Assembly (NCBI RefSeq): GCF_041956535.1
Contig: NW_027192196.1
Coordinates: forward strand, 514,921 to 578,920
Length of the DNA stretch: 64,000 nucleotides
Source of the DNA: Calcarisporiella thermophila CBS 279.70
Taxonomy: Eukaryota > Fungi > Calcarisporiellomycota
Direction: 5' to 3'
The position numbers and the translations under genes are program-made. Within the stretch, counting starts at the first letter, position 1. Every line of letters begins with the position of its first letter. Positions 23,510 to 36,423 of this stretch are shown piece after piece. Under the pieces are notes generated by a model. It was not told the DNA's origin and did no database searches. It saw only the letters and a program-made list of their open reading frames with translations.

Positions 23510-26158
23510 TTAGATTTCCATATCCTCGTCTTCAACCATGTCCTCGTCCGCCCATGGTGCAGGACTTTCGATCCCGTGGTTGCGGATGACGATAATCTCT
23601 CCCTCTTGATCAACCGTGACCTTGGCAATCTCACCTGGGCGAACTCCGCCGTCAAGCAAGAGACGCGAGAGTTGGGTGAGCAGGGCATGCTGGATTAGGC
23701 GGTTGAGCGGACGTGCCCCGTAGACTGGGTCGAAACCTTGCTGCGCAAGCAAATCCTTGGCCTTGTCGTCGACATCCAGGGTGATTTGCTTCTCGTCCAG
23801 CCGCTCCTGGACCTCCTTCAGACGAACGTCCACGATCTTGCGAATGTTGGACGGGGTAAGGCGGTTGAACACGATCAGCTCGTCAATCCGATTGATGAAC
23901 TCGTTCGCGAAATGCCGTCGTGCCGTCGCCAGCACCGCGTTCTTGGTCGCTTGGCTCACCTTGTCGCCCTCATCGAGTTCAAACAAGTCCGCGCCCAAAT
24001 TTGAAGTCATCACGATGATGGTATTCTTGAAGTCCACACGACGGCCCTTCGAATCAGTGCAGTGTCCATCATCCAAGATCTGTAGGAGAAGGTTGGACAC
24101 GTCTTTGTGTGCCTTCTCCATTTCGTCGAAGAGCACCACCGTATATGGACGACGGCGTACGGCCTCGGTAAGCTGACCGCCTTCGTCATGGCCGATGTAT
24201 CCGGGAGGTGCTCCCACTAGACGCGATACCGCGTGCTTTTCCATGTACTCGCTCATGTCAATGCGCACGATGGCTCCGGGGTCGTTGAACAGGAACGCAG
24301 CCAGCTCCTTTACACAGAGCGTCTTACCGCATCCAGTCGGCCCCAGGAAAAGGAACGAAGCGAGAGGGCGATTCCGGTTTTGAAGACCAGTGCGGGAAAG
24401 GCGGATGGCGTCGCAGATGGCCTTGATCGCCTCGTCCTGCCCCACAACATGCTGCTTCATGTATTCCTCCATGTGGAGCAGCTTTTCTTTCTCGCTCCGC
24501 TGCAGGTTGGAAACGGGAATACCCGTCCAGCGCGAGACCACCTCCATGATCTGATCCGGACCAACCACCTCAGCTAAAAGCCCGTCCGCGCGCTCAGCAT
24601 CGGCCTGCGACTTTTCGGCCTGGAGCTGAGCCAGCCGTTTCTCCAGGTCGGGGATGGCGTAGTAGCGAATGTCCGCAGCTCGGGCGAGATCGTATCGGCG
24701 CTCCGCATCCTCAGCCTTCGCCTTGAGCTCATCGAGGCGTTGCGACAAATTGCGTATCTCGTCCAGTCGGCCCTTCTCGCTCTCGTACTTCATCTTGAGG
24801 GGCCGAAGTTCCTCTTGGATCCGAGCCATCTCCGCACGCACTTCCTGGAGCCGCTGTTTTGATGCCGCATCCTTCTCCTTCTCCAACGCAGTCGCCTCGA
24901 CTTCCAATTGAAGGTGGCGGCGTTCGAGCTTATCGATGGCTTCGGGCTGCGAGTCAAGCTGCACGCGGGTATTGGCACACGCTTCGTCAATTAAATCGAT
25001 GGCCTTGTCGGGCATGAAACGCTGCGTGATGTACCGGGCGGCCAATTGCGCGGCGGCGACGATAGCGGCATCGGCGATACGGACACCATGGTGCGTCTCG
25101 TATCGCTCCTTGAGCCCACGCAAGATAGAGATGGTATCGGTGACGCTCGGCTCCTCCACCATAACTAGCTGGAAACGGCGTTCGAAAGCGGGATCCTTTT
25201 CGACGTACTGGCGGTACTCGGTAAGCGTGGTAGCGCCAATGCATCGAAGCTCGCCACGCGCAAGCATGGGTTTGAGCAGATTGGCCGCGTCAATGGCTCC
25301 CTCTGATTTGCCCGCGCCCAGTACAGTGTGTATCTCGTCGATGAACACGATTGCCTGTGCCTCCTTCAGCTCCTTCAGCACGGCCTTTAGGCGCTCTTCA
25401 AACTCACCTCGATATTTTGCACCAGCAAGCAAACTTCCAATGTCGAGACTATACACCTTTTTCTGAAGCGACGATGGGATATCGCCCTTCACGATGCGGT
25501 TGGCTAGCCCTTCTGCAATCGCAGTCTTGCCCACGCCTGGCTCTCCAACTAAGCAGGGGTTGTTCTTGGTACGTCTCGATAATACACGAATGACCCGCGA
25601 AATAATCTCATCCCGCCCAATAACAGGATCTAATTTGCCGGAAGCCGCGAGCTCGGTTAGGTCTATACAGTATTTGGACAGGGCCTCGTACGCCTCCTCT
25701 GCGCTCTTGCTTTCCACGCGTCGGTTCCCGCGCACGTGTGTCACGGCATTCTCAAGCGACTTCTTCGTCACACCACCCTCTTTCAGTACTTGCGCCATTG
25801 AGGGAAGGTCCGCGAGAGCGAGTATTAAATGGTCTTGCGCTATATAAAGGTCACGTTGCTTCTTCATGTGCTCATGGGCGTAATGCAACAACTTGGCAAG
25901 CTCTGGAGAATGGCCCATTTCGGTCGGGGGTGGATCTTGGGATGGCTGGCGGACCATGATTTTCTTGAATCCGCGTTCGATAGATACCACGTCCCCTCCG
26001 GCCTTTTCGAGAATGGAGCGAAACAAACTGTTCTCCTCGTCTAACATGACCACGGCCACATGAGAAGGGTGTAGTTGTACGTGTGAATTTTCGGCGGCGT
26101 ATTTCGCCGCCGCATTGAGTGTTTCTGTTGCTTTGTCTGTGAATTGCATAGATGACAT
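23510..26158 (-). CDS. HSP104: Hsp104/ClpB disaggregase, intronless
   Basis: 882-aa ORF with two AAA+ modules ([16 protein letters not shown]), GAKYRG and GYIG pore loops, coiled-coil middle domain and acidic C-terminus. Confidence 0.99.
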   Translation of the reverse strand: MSSMQFTDKATETLNAAAKYAAENSHVQLHPSHVAVVMLDEENSLFRSILEKAGGDVVSIERGFKKIMVRQPSQDPPPTEMGHSPELAKLLHYAHEHMKKQRDLYIAQDHLILALADLPSMAQVLKEGGVTKKSLENAVTHVRGNRRVESKSAEEAYEALSKYCIDLTELAASGKLDPVIGRDEIISRVIRVLSRRTKNNPCLVGEPGVGKTAIAEGLANRIVKGDIPSSLQKKVYSLDIGSLLAGAKYRGEFEERLKAVLKELKEAQAIVFIDEIHTVLGAGKSEGAIDAANLLKPMLARGELRCIGATTLTEYRQYVEKDPAFERRFQLVMVEEPSVTDTISILRGLKERYETHHGVRIADAAIVAAAQLAARYITQRFMPDKAIDLIDEACANTRVQLDSQPEAIDKLERRHLQLEVEATALEKEKDAASKQRLQEVRAEMARIQEELRPLKMKYESEKGRLDEIRNLSQRLDELKAKAEDAERRYDLARAADIRYYAIPDLEKRLAQLQAEKSQADAERADGLLAEVVGPDQIMEVVSRWTGIPVSNLQRSEKEKLLHMEEYMKQHVVGQDEAIKAICDAIRLSRTGLQNRNRPLASFLFLGPTGCGKTLCVKELAAFLFNDPGAIVRIDMSEYMEKHAVSRLVGAPPGYIGHDEGGQLTEAVRRRPYTVVLFDEMEKAHKDVSNLLLQILDDGHCTDSKGRRVDFKNTIIVMTSNLGADLFELDEGDKVSQATKNAVLATARRHFANEFINRIDELIVFNRLTPSNIRKIVDVRLKEVQERLDEKQITLDVDDKAKDLLAQQGFDPVYGARPLNRLIQHALLTQLSRLLLDGGVRPGEIAKVTVDQEGEIIVIRNHGIESPAPWADEDMVEDEDMEI

Positions 26159-26206
26159 TGCTGGGTATAACTAATTTTGCACTGCACTTTGCCGCCCGCC
26201 CCGCCC

Positions 26207-26296
26207 TTTAAATAGTTTATGGGGAATTTTGTCCGAATTCTACAAATTGCTTCAGATTGCGAGCAGTCACTAGATCCTTCGGCAAGGTTCCAAAAG
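26207..26296 (-). promoter_or_regulatory. HSP104 promoter: TATA-like box and degenerate heat-shock element
   Basis: TATTTAAA at 26207-26214 (minus strand). Alternating 5-bp-phased units GAt/TTC/cAA/TTC/aAA at 26273-26295. Confidence 0.5.
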
Positions 26297-26632
26297 AGAC
26301 TAAACGAAAATGGTACAAGAGTCATTTATTACGCCCACCAGGGTTTAAAAAGCTATCATCAAGTTTAATAAAGAAATAAAAGCAAATAGGAAAATAGGAA
26401 AGAAAGAGAGAGAAGAAAGACATGCAAAATAGAATAAAAGATAGTAGACTAAGTTCTGTACAAAAACACAAGAGAGAAGAATGGGAAATAAAGCAAACGT
26501 TTTGAAAACACAAATAAAGCATAAGACAAAAAAAAAAGAAAGAGGAAATGAATATCTAATATTAAAATGTCCCTTGTATTTCTTCGTTTTAGAAAGAAAA
26601 AAAAAAATGCTCCAAATATAACATAGAAATCG

Positions 26633-28188
26633 CTACAGTATTCCAGAATCCTTGAGTGCGTTCTGCAGTAAAGTTTCCTTTACAGCAGCAAATACGAGCC
26701 GAATCTAACAAAGACGAATAGGGGACGGTTAGCACTGACAACCGAAATTACCGACAACACGAGTCCATAAGCATGGACAACTAGTAGCAGAGATGAATAT
26801 GAACTTACGTTAGAAGTGTCGGTTGCTGTGGTGAGATGCGGGTATATATTTAGGCGAGCACGGTTGGTTGATGTGAACCGCCAGGCAATATACTTGATAG
26901 CCTTGTTAATGTCGGATCCACCTAGAAGAAAAACAGAAAAAGGAATCGTGTTAAAACTTGAGGCCCGCACACATCCATTATCCCACACTTGCCATAATAA
27001 TCTGGGAAATAGTTCTCCAGAGGGACCTTTGGCAGCTTGGCTTTGAATAGATCGAATTTGTTCAAGAATAGTATGATACTTGAGCGCAAGAACCAGCGAC
27101 TATTGATCACCGACTCAAACAACACCAAGCTCTCCACCATTCTATTTTGCCCGCTCTCCTCTAATAGTTGCTGGGAGAAAGAAAAAAATTAGTGAACTTT
27201 GAAATCCAAGTGGCGAGTTCGCGTCAATGTATCCACCTGATCGTATTCCGACAATGCGACGCAAAATATGATGGAGGTTACTGCTTCGAAGCAATGGATC
27301 CACTTCTTACGCTCCGAGCGCTGGCCACCCACATCAAAAAGGTGTATACTTAGCTGGCCCATTGTGAACCGCGTTTCAGAAATACCGGTAGTTTTGAGTC
27401 GTGCTCGGAGCACATCGTCTTGCGTTGGAATATAGTCGGAACTTTTTATCCTTTTTATATTGTCAAAGAAGCTACAGAGAAAATTAAACAGGTGAGAAAA
27501 CCCGTCAAGCAAACCAAGAAAAAGTCAACCTACTATGGGGCCGAGTCCATTAGATAAAATTCGATATGCCCACGATCCAGCATCTTTTGGACCACTGGGT
27601 CATGCCAGACCGCATACAGGGCATCCGAGATCTCACTTGATAATCGATAATCGGGCGAGTTCTGGACTTGGTAGGCCATAATTAGGTCTGCTCGAGACTT
27701 TTTTACCCAAGTTGTAAAAAAACAGGTGTTAGAGTCGAAAGGAAATCAATTAGAAGCCCAGCGATTAACCCTACTCTGTTCTCAGTCATCTCAAACTCTA
27801 GTTCTAGTTTCTCCAGCGAAGCAATCAGTGTCTGAGCGGATTCTACCAAATTTTTGTACACAATCGTACGCCACCACTCAAGCTCTGCTTTGTTATACCC
27901 ATTCTGATGGATAATCTTCATCTGTTTGACGATGGTTGATTTGCCTGACTCGCCGCTTCCTGTATAACGAGCATCGCGAGTGAGTAAAATTTGGGTTGAG
28001 GGTAGAGGGAGGAGAAGAGAGGGGCGGGGGAGTGACGAATTGACTAATAGCATCGAGATTATTGGCTTACCTAGTAGCAAGATTTTGCATTCCTTATTAA
28101 ATTTGTTTCTATCCTCCTCAATCTGCCGGTCGATTGCCAGACTTCTTTGCCTCTCCTCTTTCTCCTCCGACGACATACATAACCCCAT
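26633..28188 (-). CDS. Heterotrimeric G protein alpha subunit, fungal group III (cAMP-linked)
   Basis: MGLCMS myristoylation/palmitoylation N-terminus, [28 protein letters not shown]-terminus [11 protein letters not shown]. Confidence 0.96.
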
Positions 28189-29026
28189 GGCGAAGGGTAT
28201 TTTAAATACTTAGTGATCAGAGAACGATTCAACAAAAGTCAAGCGAGCGAAATTAATGGCGATGGAAACAACTCGAAAGATCGCGGGAAAAATAAACACC
28301 TCAAAGACTGGTTACATTAAAGGGCGAGGGGCAGGCAAGGCTTCTAGCGACAGTGAGGATGGGTGAGAAGAATAGATCAACGAGCAATAGCTTTGAGAAA
28401 CTTTCTCTATTTCAAGTCAAATTCTGAAATCTTTCTAATCAGTTGCCTTATGCTGATTGGACGGAGAGGTAAACATTTCATTTTGGAGGGAAAACACGTT
28501 GCGGGAGATTTCTAAGTTATGAAATGGAACATCTCTGTATCTCACAAAAACAAAGCTGGAACCGCAAAATAAAAACCCGTTTTCACGAGATTCTCGGCGT
28601 TGAACTCTTAAGCTTCTGATTTTAGCTCGGAGTTCATCAAGGTGGAGGCATTAACTTTAAAGAGACAAACTACCGATAACTGACTCTCCTTCTCGAGTTG
28701 CAAAAAAGGGCCATCATGCAATGCTCAGCCATGGCTTATATCACCGTACTTTCTCCCTCCATTCTCCTCTTTGGCAGATACATCGCGGTCGATTCCCTAT
28801 TTGAGAGTCGCCCCTGCATGAGACAAGCATATTCTAGATATGGTTACATGTCTCTATTTAATCCTTAGATTTTATTCCCTAAATCAAGGAACAGGCCATA
28901 GGAATAGGACACGACGGATGACAAATGCAATCATGGTATTTTCAATAGCATGTTAAATAACAAGAGATAGGGTTAAATAAGGGGGAACAAAATAGATTAA
29001 TGAACAGTTAATTAAGGAGAGAAATA

Positions 29027-32000
29027 TCAAATGGAAAAAACAAGCTCGGTCGGCTTTGGCGGGTTCTTTTGTCTTCGAAGCGACGCAGTTTTCCTGAGAA
29101 GCGAGGTTTTCCTTGAGAAGAGTGAGCCTGAAGTAGAAGAGGACGGGTTCGGTGGGTTGGAGTGAGGAGTAGACGCCAGCGTCGACTTTGTATTTATATC
29201 TTCTTTTTCTGGAGGCGCGGGAGACATTTTTCCCTTGGAGGGATGCAGATCTTCAGAGAAGAGTTCGGTCGCGTGCTGTACAAGAAACTCTACAACTAGA
29301 TTCGCTTGGGAAAGAGCAGTTAGGTCTAGTTGATTAGCATGATCCCCCATAAGGGTTGGACCAAACACTACGGAGAGATTCCTTGCGGGCATTAGGTTCT
29401 TGTCACTTCGATTTTGGATCCTTTAATTAGAAAGAAGATGTTTTTTTTAAAAAAAATGTGGTCCTGGCACTAGGGGAACACACAACACGTTACCGGTCTA
29501 GGTGAAGCATTAAATATTTCAGGATAACATAGTTCGGATAGGGAAGCTGTGACAACCCCCGCTTGAACCCATCTATCCTCTTACTCTCTTCAACCAAACC
29601 TGCACAAATTAAAATGTTGGAAGTTAGCATTAATGCGTCGCCTCAGATGAGCGATTCGTCAAGGGGAAAAATTAAATAGCATACCTAGCGCATCAATCCA
29701 TTTATCATGCAATTCCGGAGGTAAGAGCGGCTGTGGTAATCCCCTTAAGTACATCTTTAGCACACTTGCAACCGCGTGGATGTCCAGGTCGGACTCTTCC
29801 AAGCCGTGCCCTTCGGTGAGTAGCTGCTGAACCAGACGAGCCGTTGATGTGGCACCTGTCTTTCTATAGATGCCTTCGGCATCCATACCACGACGCTCGA
29901 CTTCCGAGACTAATTGACGGAGGAGATATGGCGGATGATCATCTTCCAACTTTAGTTCTCGGCCGAAATCTAAACACGGGACAACAGAACAATCAATACG
30001 GCCAAAAAAATCGGGAAGAGTCCAAGAAGACAATAAAAATCTTACATTTTCTGTTAGCTTCACCGTGGCACCACGAGGGAACCTTGGCCAAGCATCTCAT
30101 ATGCGAGATCATACCGCAGTCTATAATTCGAAAGCATGCTCAACTCAGCTATCCTTCGACGGGGCAATAAGCATGGGAACTTACCAGAGCATCGAACTTC
30201 GCCGCGTCCCCATATTTTTTCCCCGCACATTTCACATTTTACCGGTTTAAGGAAATTGTTAGAATTGAAGCAATGTTGGCCGTGCCGTATCTCCTCCAGC
30301 ATCCTCGGACTAGCGCTGCGAGAAATCGCTTTTTTCCAGTCGAGCTTTTTAGGCGGCTGGATATCGGCATGGATCGCGTGGACGGTGCCGATGCTAACGG
30401 GCGATTCGATTCGTTTGAGGTCGGTGCTAAGGTTATCCACTTCTATGTTATGGGACAAAAATGTTAGACCAGAGGATCGAGGAAATAAAACGGGGAATGC
30501 GGTATATACCGGAAAGCGAGGACTCCTCCCTGGCCTTCTCCTCTGATTCTTTCTCTTTTTCCTCTTTGCTTGCAGCTTTAGCAGCTACTTGCCGTGATCT
30601 CATCTCCTCGATTTCCAGCACCAATGCATCCCTTGTTTTGCGTAGTTTCTCCACCTCTTCCTCGAGTGCCTTATGCTCAAAGTCCAGCTTTGAGAGTCCG
30701 CACTTACAACAGGCTTGTTCCTCGACTTCGCCCAATCTGCCCGCTATCAAAGCGTCAGATGGGGGCGATGGTTGATTTGTAGTATCTACGTGGAGACCAG
30801 CTCCATGAATTTCGTTGGATTTATAGGTGTGGGTGGTGGCGGTGGTAAGGGCCTTGTATATCTCGAGCTCACGTTGTAAATGTGCAACCGTTTCCTCTGC
30901 TTGTTGACGAAGTACGGCCTCATTGGCAAATTCCTGCTTGGCACTTTGGAACTCCTCGACTGCCCTCCTTCCCACATCCTAGTATACAAATCAACGGTAG
31001 AATAAGTCAGCGAGTCAATCAAAGGAGATCCAGATATTTGAGTGTTACGCACCCGAATCTCCTCTAGGTTCGCTTCAATATCCGCAAGTTTTCCCAGCAG
31101 CGTCTGAAGTTCCTGCCTCAAAACAGCCACCTCCTCCACACTCGGGGGGAGGACTTCTGCTGTGCCACTCTCGACTTCAGCCATGACCACCGTCTGTTTG
31201 AGAATAGCCGAGGTATCGATTGCTTTATCTAAGCTTTGATCGTTGCCTCCGAAGGTTCTGCGGTTTCCAGCCTCGCTCTCTATGCCACTGGCATGGTGCA
31301 CGCGTAAAGTGGAGCTATTGGGGATACCCAGCAGCAAAATCTGGCTCAAACGATCGACGGCACTGGGCTTTTCTTCCAACGAGGATCCCCATGTCAGTCT
31401 TTCCGATGGTGTCTTTATTTCACCAGAAGTGCCACCTTGCTCCATCGCGGTGAAGTACGAGTCCACAAAGGAATCGATGTGGGAGGACTTCTTGGGTCGG
31501 GGCAATGCAATGAAAGGTTGTACCGGCGAGGGAGATAATTCGATTGGAACATCGAGTGAAGTTCGTGGGTATGCTACGGATAAGTTCGATTCATTCCCAG
31601 ACCCTGCCGCAATCCATTTTTGACTCCCATTTCCACGTCGGTTTGGACGGCGGGACAAGAAGTCTCCCGGGCCATCCATTGCTGTCTCCTCGCTTGGTCC
31701 TCGCTGCGTTTCGCCATGTGTTTCCTGCCTACCAAAAGTGTTGTTCGGGAATTTGGAGCTAGAGTGTAGAAGTGGCCAGGGTAATACGGAGTTGTTTGCA
31801 CGATGCGATGAGGTGGATGAAGAAAAGGGATGAGGGGATTGTTTGCGGCTAGTTAGCTGAGAAATATTCGGCAGTGTTTTATCACGCATCTTCTCAAATA
31901 GCGAGGGTTTACGGCCAAGCGGAGCCGACTTGGATGACTTAGAAGATTTACGGCGTTGATAGCATTCAGGACAGAAGACACCCTTTTGTCCAACATCAAT

Positions 32001-32574
32001 ATAATGAACAGAATGTAGAATTATTTTGGGAAAAAATTGGCCTACTCACTTTTGATGTCTGAATAAATGTCAAATCGCTAATCCTCTTCTGGCATGATGT
32101 GCACCGAAAGCATTCCTCATGATAGGCATCATTCGGCTCTAGCGAAATGGAAACCAAAACCAATAAAATGAAGGGATTCTGAGTGAGTCAGCTTATAAAA
32201 GAGCACAGCAATCCATGGCTGTGGATGGAAAATGAAAAGTTTTAATTACTCACCCGCCAAAATCGCCTTATCGGTGATGGCGTGACCGCATATCTTGCAT
32301 TTATATGAGCAATTCTGGCAGATGGGCAGCCCGCTTGACAATAGAAGAAGCTTAGAGTCGCAGTCGACAAGAGAATGGCATTTTGCACATTTGAAACTAT
32401 AATCCAGACAATTAGAACAAGCCAATTTGAGCAGCAAAAGTTAAATGAAACAGAGGGGAGCACTTACCATTCAATATGCCAGATGTTCCCGCCAAAAGAG
32501 ACCACCGCACCCTCCTCAATCTCTCGATTGCAGCCTAAACATGTGGCTTCGACATCTTCCAAAACATCTTCCAT
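29027..32574 (-). CDS. LIM-domain RhoGAP (Rga-like) with coiled coil and C1 domain
   Basis: N-terminal CLGC...WHIECFKCAKC LIM domains, HCF...CEMC...CSDC C1 finger, GIYRKTG Arg finger and NLSVVFGPTL. Confidence 0.92.
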
Positions 32575-33051
32575 TTCAATAGAGGGGAATAGATAAGTAG
32601 AAACGGGAGTGAAAGGAGGAGAGGAATGGGATAAAAAGAATGTGAGGATTTAAAGAGTGACTAAACCGCCGATGAAGATAATATTGTAAGAAATGAGTGT
32701 CGAACGAGTGGAGCAATGTATGAAAGTTGGTGATGAGGAACAAGCAAATGGATATAAGCTCTGTTCCACATATTTGGCGATCTTAGCTCCGACGTCAGAA
32801 CAGATGGGGTTACTTGTGCCCTTATTACACGAGCTACCAGGATAGGCCGCGGAGCATTCTAACATTTTGCGATTCTTGATAATATTAAAAGGTTCAAAAT
32901 GGGAAAATAAAAGACAAAAAAAAAGTGTTGATTCATTTTAATTTCCATAATCTCCGGCAAGCTCATTTGGAATATTTATATCCCGTGGACCTGATACCGT
33001 CTGGCCCTTTTACCGTACCGTTTATTTCATCGCGCTTGACGCCATTGTGAA

Positions 33052-33849
33052 ATGACCAAAACTCACCCTACCCATTGCATCTACCCGCACCCCTGGGATG
33101 TGGTCGTTCGCGCCTATCTCCGTCGCTATCCAACTCACCCACGCGTTCCAGTGCTTCTCTCCTCCGAGGTCTTGTCCGATGAGCTGCTCCTCCCATCCAT
33201 GCCGCCAACCCCTTATCCCCAGCATGCTGGCCACGATATCCCAGTCCGAGGGACAAGACGCATCGTTCGCCGGTGCCGAGTCGCCATCGAGATGCCTACG
33301 CTGGTGAAAAAAACCTTTGGGGTGACGGACGGCATCTTCCTGCACACCACCTTGATCGACGCGGACAACAAAGAGATGCGGGTTGAGTCGCAGAATCAGA
33401 GTTGGGCGGAGAAAATCACAATAGGAGACGTGACGGTGTTCCGTGCGTGTCCGCCCGGCACGTCCGCACCGGTGCTTCCTCTGCCGCACAACTTCGATCA
33501 GCAAAGGCGCAACGCACCCACGCTGCAGGGGTTGGCCGCCGTCAAAGTCACGGAGGCGTGCGACTACACCGAATTTGAACAGCAGGCCTTTCTTGAGCTG
33601 CCCAAAATCCCCCTCGCCAAGACGATTGAGAAGCACTGCCTGCAGATCTACATGAAGAACACAATGTGCGCTCGAATGCTCGATATGCTCTTCTGCGATG
33701 ATGTGTTACGAGAACAGTTAGACCTGCCTAAACTTCCCTCCGTAGCCCCGTTTCCCGGGGAACAAAATGACGGCGGTGAAACCAAGAAATTGATCCGAGC
33801 CGAGAGTGAGCCTGCCATTACGCAGCAAGCCTTGATCCCATCGGCGTGA
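33052..33849 (+). CDS. PRELI/MSF1-domain lipid-transfer protein, intronless
   Basis: IYPHPWDVVVRAYLRRYP...RRCRV...ESQNQSW...TEFEQQA PRELI pattern. Confidence 0.8.
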   Translation: MTKTHPTHCIYPHPWDVVVRAYLRRYPTHPRVPVLLSSEVLSDELLLPSMPPTPYPQHAGHDIPVRGTRRIVRRCRVAIEMPTLVKKTFGVTDGIFLHTTLIDADNKEMRVESQNQSWAEKITIGDVTVFRACPPGTSAPVLPLPHNFDQQRRNAPTLQGLAAVKVTEACDYTEFEQQAFLELPKIPLAKTIEKHCLQIYMKNTMCARMLDMLFCDDVLREQLDLPKLPSVAPFPGEQNDGGETKKLIRAESEPAITQQALIPSA

Positions 33850-34287
33850 AACGAGAAGCCTTTTTTGTTTGTTCTTTCCTGATTTCAGGGATCGATGTAT
33901 ATAAATTGATATAATATTACACATGCGGATTCTGTTTTGTAAACTCGATAGCTTCACTTGTATTAAGAGCGCCCTCTTTTTTTTTTTAGATTAGCTTCCA
34001 TAATTGAGATAGTTGATATTTTCATTCATTATCCAGCACACATACACACACATACACACGTACCCATACAAAATATGATTCCCGCGTCCTAATTACCCGA
34101 TAAAAACAAAAGAGGAACAAATTCAAATTAAAAGTACACTAAAGGAAGAATATAGTAAAGTATAACGAGTAGATAAGGAATATTAAAAGCACACACACAC
34201 TTGAAACAGAATAGCCAAGAGGGGAAAGGGGGTAGGGGGAAGAAAAAAAAACAAGTATATACAGACTGAAAATGCATAACGCCTCGC

Positions 34288-35622
34288 TTACGCAGCCTTT
34301 TTCCGAAAGAGCATGGCGAGAGCAGCTACGGCCTCCTGCTCGCACTTTTCCGTCAGCCCCTCCTCAGGGATGGGTGCCATTGCTCTCTCACCAAGCATTG
34401 GCATGTCCTCCTCGTCGATAGGCTTTGTTGTTCTGTAGGCAGAGAGCGGCGGCGTTCGCAGAGCATGTCGCGCAGCTAAATCATTCGCAGGTGAGCTGGG
34501 GGGTGGGCGGCGGTAGTAGGGGTGATAATAGGGGGGGCCTGCGATGGAATGCCTGCGAAATTTGGCCGCTACACGCCGTGGGCCCAACTCTCGCCAGTTC
34601 TCCTCCTCTGTCGCGGAAGAATCTTCGCCCTCGGACCTCCTCTCCTCCAAACAGGGATCCGCGTCCACATCCACATGATTGCCACTCAGCCAGTACCTTC
34701 CTCGCCCCATTTTGCGGAACCTTGTCCCATTCAGCGCTGCAACAACATCTCTCTCCCAGTCCGATGCTGCACATGCCGGATAGTTCTCTCTGATGTACAC
34801 AAATATCTCACGCAATGTCTTCTGTTTCTTCTGCGTATGGAACATGTCGACGAGCAGGCGAGCCCATCCTTCAGGTGACATACGGGGCCATATGGAAGAA
34901 TGGAGGGAGTGAGCCCGCCGGTATCGAAAAGTATCCGCCTCCTCCATAAAATTGTCTTCGGGCTCGGTGGCGCTCTCGTCCGGCTCTCCCTCCTCCTCCA
35001 CCTCCGCTTCTTCTCCTAGTTCTTCCTCTTCCTCCTCCTCCTCCTTCTCCACTTGCATCATTGCTCGTAGCTGTTTTCCGGTTGAAATTTCAGGGGAGGA
35101 TGAGGTTCTCGGAGGTGATGGCATCCCTTTCTCAATCCTGCCTTCGCCCAAATCCTCTACCTCAATCTCCTCATCCTCACCTTCCTCGGCTTTTGCCAAC
35201 TTCACGACGTCTCCCCCGGCTGCAACCGCCCGCGGGACTCGGGCTTGCTCTTCTTTCTCAGGTACATGATTCACTAGTGGCAATTTCTCATCTCGCTTCA
35301 CGTCCGCCGTGACCTTTTTCGACATCCCCTTCTTCGCCCAACCTCTTCCTCGGAGCATGGTGTCCACCATCTTTCGAGGGCGCCGCTTGAAGCAGGGATA
35401 GGCACTGAGGACCCATCTTAGCAACTCCTCTTCAGTACGAGGTAGAGCACGTGCAAGAAATGATGGCCACACATCGGACGGCTTGCTTCTGGAAACAGGC
35501 TTGGAGGACCGTATGACATGAGGGTGGCTCCGTGGCTTCAGCCGACGATGGTGATGAGGAGTCAGGTGATAATGGGGAGGGCGATGACGTCCATGCATGC
35601 GGTAGAGGCGTTTAAGAGCCAT
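34288..35622 (-). CDS. Intronless nuclear protein with a divergent forkhead/winged-helix-like domain
   Basis: 444-aa ORF. WARLLVDMF..TLREIFVYIRENYP...W.....ALNG.RFRK.GRGRYW follows forkhead helix and wing spacing. Acidic tracts, basic N-terminus. Confidence 0.6.
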   Translation of the reverse strand: MALKRLYRMHGRHRPPHYHLTPHHHRRLKPRSHPHVIRSSKPVSRSKPSDVWPSFLARALPRTEEELLRWVLSAYPCFKRRPRKMVDTMLRGRGWAKKGMSKKVTADVKRDEKLPLVNHVPEKEEQARVPRAVAAGGDVVKLAKAEEGEDEEIEVEDLGEGRIEKGMPSPPRTSSSPEISTGKQLRAMMQVEKEEEEEEEELGEEAEVEEEGEPDESATEPEDNFMEEADTFRYRRAHSLHSSIWPRMSPEGWARLLVDMFHTQKKQKTLREIFVYIRENYPACAASDWERDVVAALNGTRFRKMGRGRYWLSGNHVDVDADPCLEERRSEGEDSSATEEENWRELGPRRVAAKFRRHSIAGPPYYHPYYRRPPPSSPANDLAARHALRTPPLSAYRTTKPIDEEDMPMLGERAMAPIPEEGLTEKCEQEAVAALAMLFRKKAA

Positions 35623-36423
35623 GGTGTGCCTTGTGTGTACGAGAGATTGCCAGTTCCTTCTTCAAAAGAAGAGAAGCTATGGGTGTTAATGAGAGAATAA
35701 AATGGTCGTTGGTTTCGTGGAAGAAAAGAAAATGTAAGAAAATGCAAAAGAGAGATGAGGGAAAGAAGCTCAAATAGCTGAGGGGGAGACGAGAGCTTCT
35801 GCGGCTTGGGTCGTATAAAAAAAGGGCGGGGAAATCCACGGCTGCACAAATCGAAGGACGCCATGGCCAACACGCGCGATTTTTCTCTTGGATGGGCCAT
35901 GTCGGGGTTATGATGGCCGTAAAAAAAAATCCGTGATATCACTTCTCTATCATGTTATTGCACGAGCGATAAGCTTGCGATAGTCGGCCATTCTTGCGAA
36001 ACGAATTCGGATCCTATTCAGAATGACCAATATTTTATTTGAGCCCGTCTTCCTCCCCCTCTTTTGGCTTGCAACATATTCGTTTGCATCCAACGGACTC
36101 TCTTTGTTTATCAATCATGGGCAAAATCTACAACAAGCTGATGAAATTTTCTCTCGTCCATCACCGAAATAAGCTCCGAATATGCCTCTATTTGACACGG
36201 CAAACTAGACACAAGAATATGGCAAGAAATGGGTGAAGAGGCAGAATCAAAACAAACAAAACGATAGGAAAATATATAACGCATTGATTGGAAGATAAAA
36301 ACCCTTTAAATAGGTAGAGATATACACACATACATACATATATATATATATATCCTATTAAGTCATACAAAAAAGTAGATGGCCGCATTTATTAGCTGGA
36401 TCGAATCCAGATTTTTTTTTCTT

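Noticed and set aside
23738-26044. Multiple plus-strand ORFs within HSP104
   Set aside because: Antisense shadows caused by codon bias.
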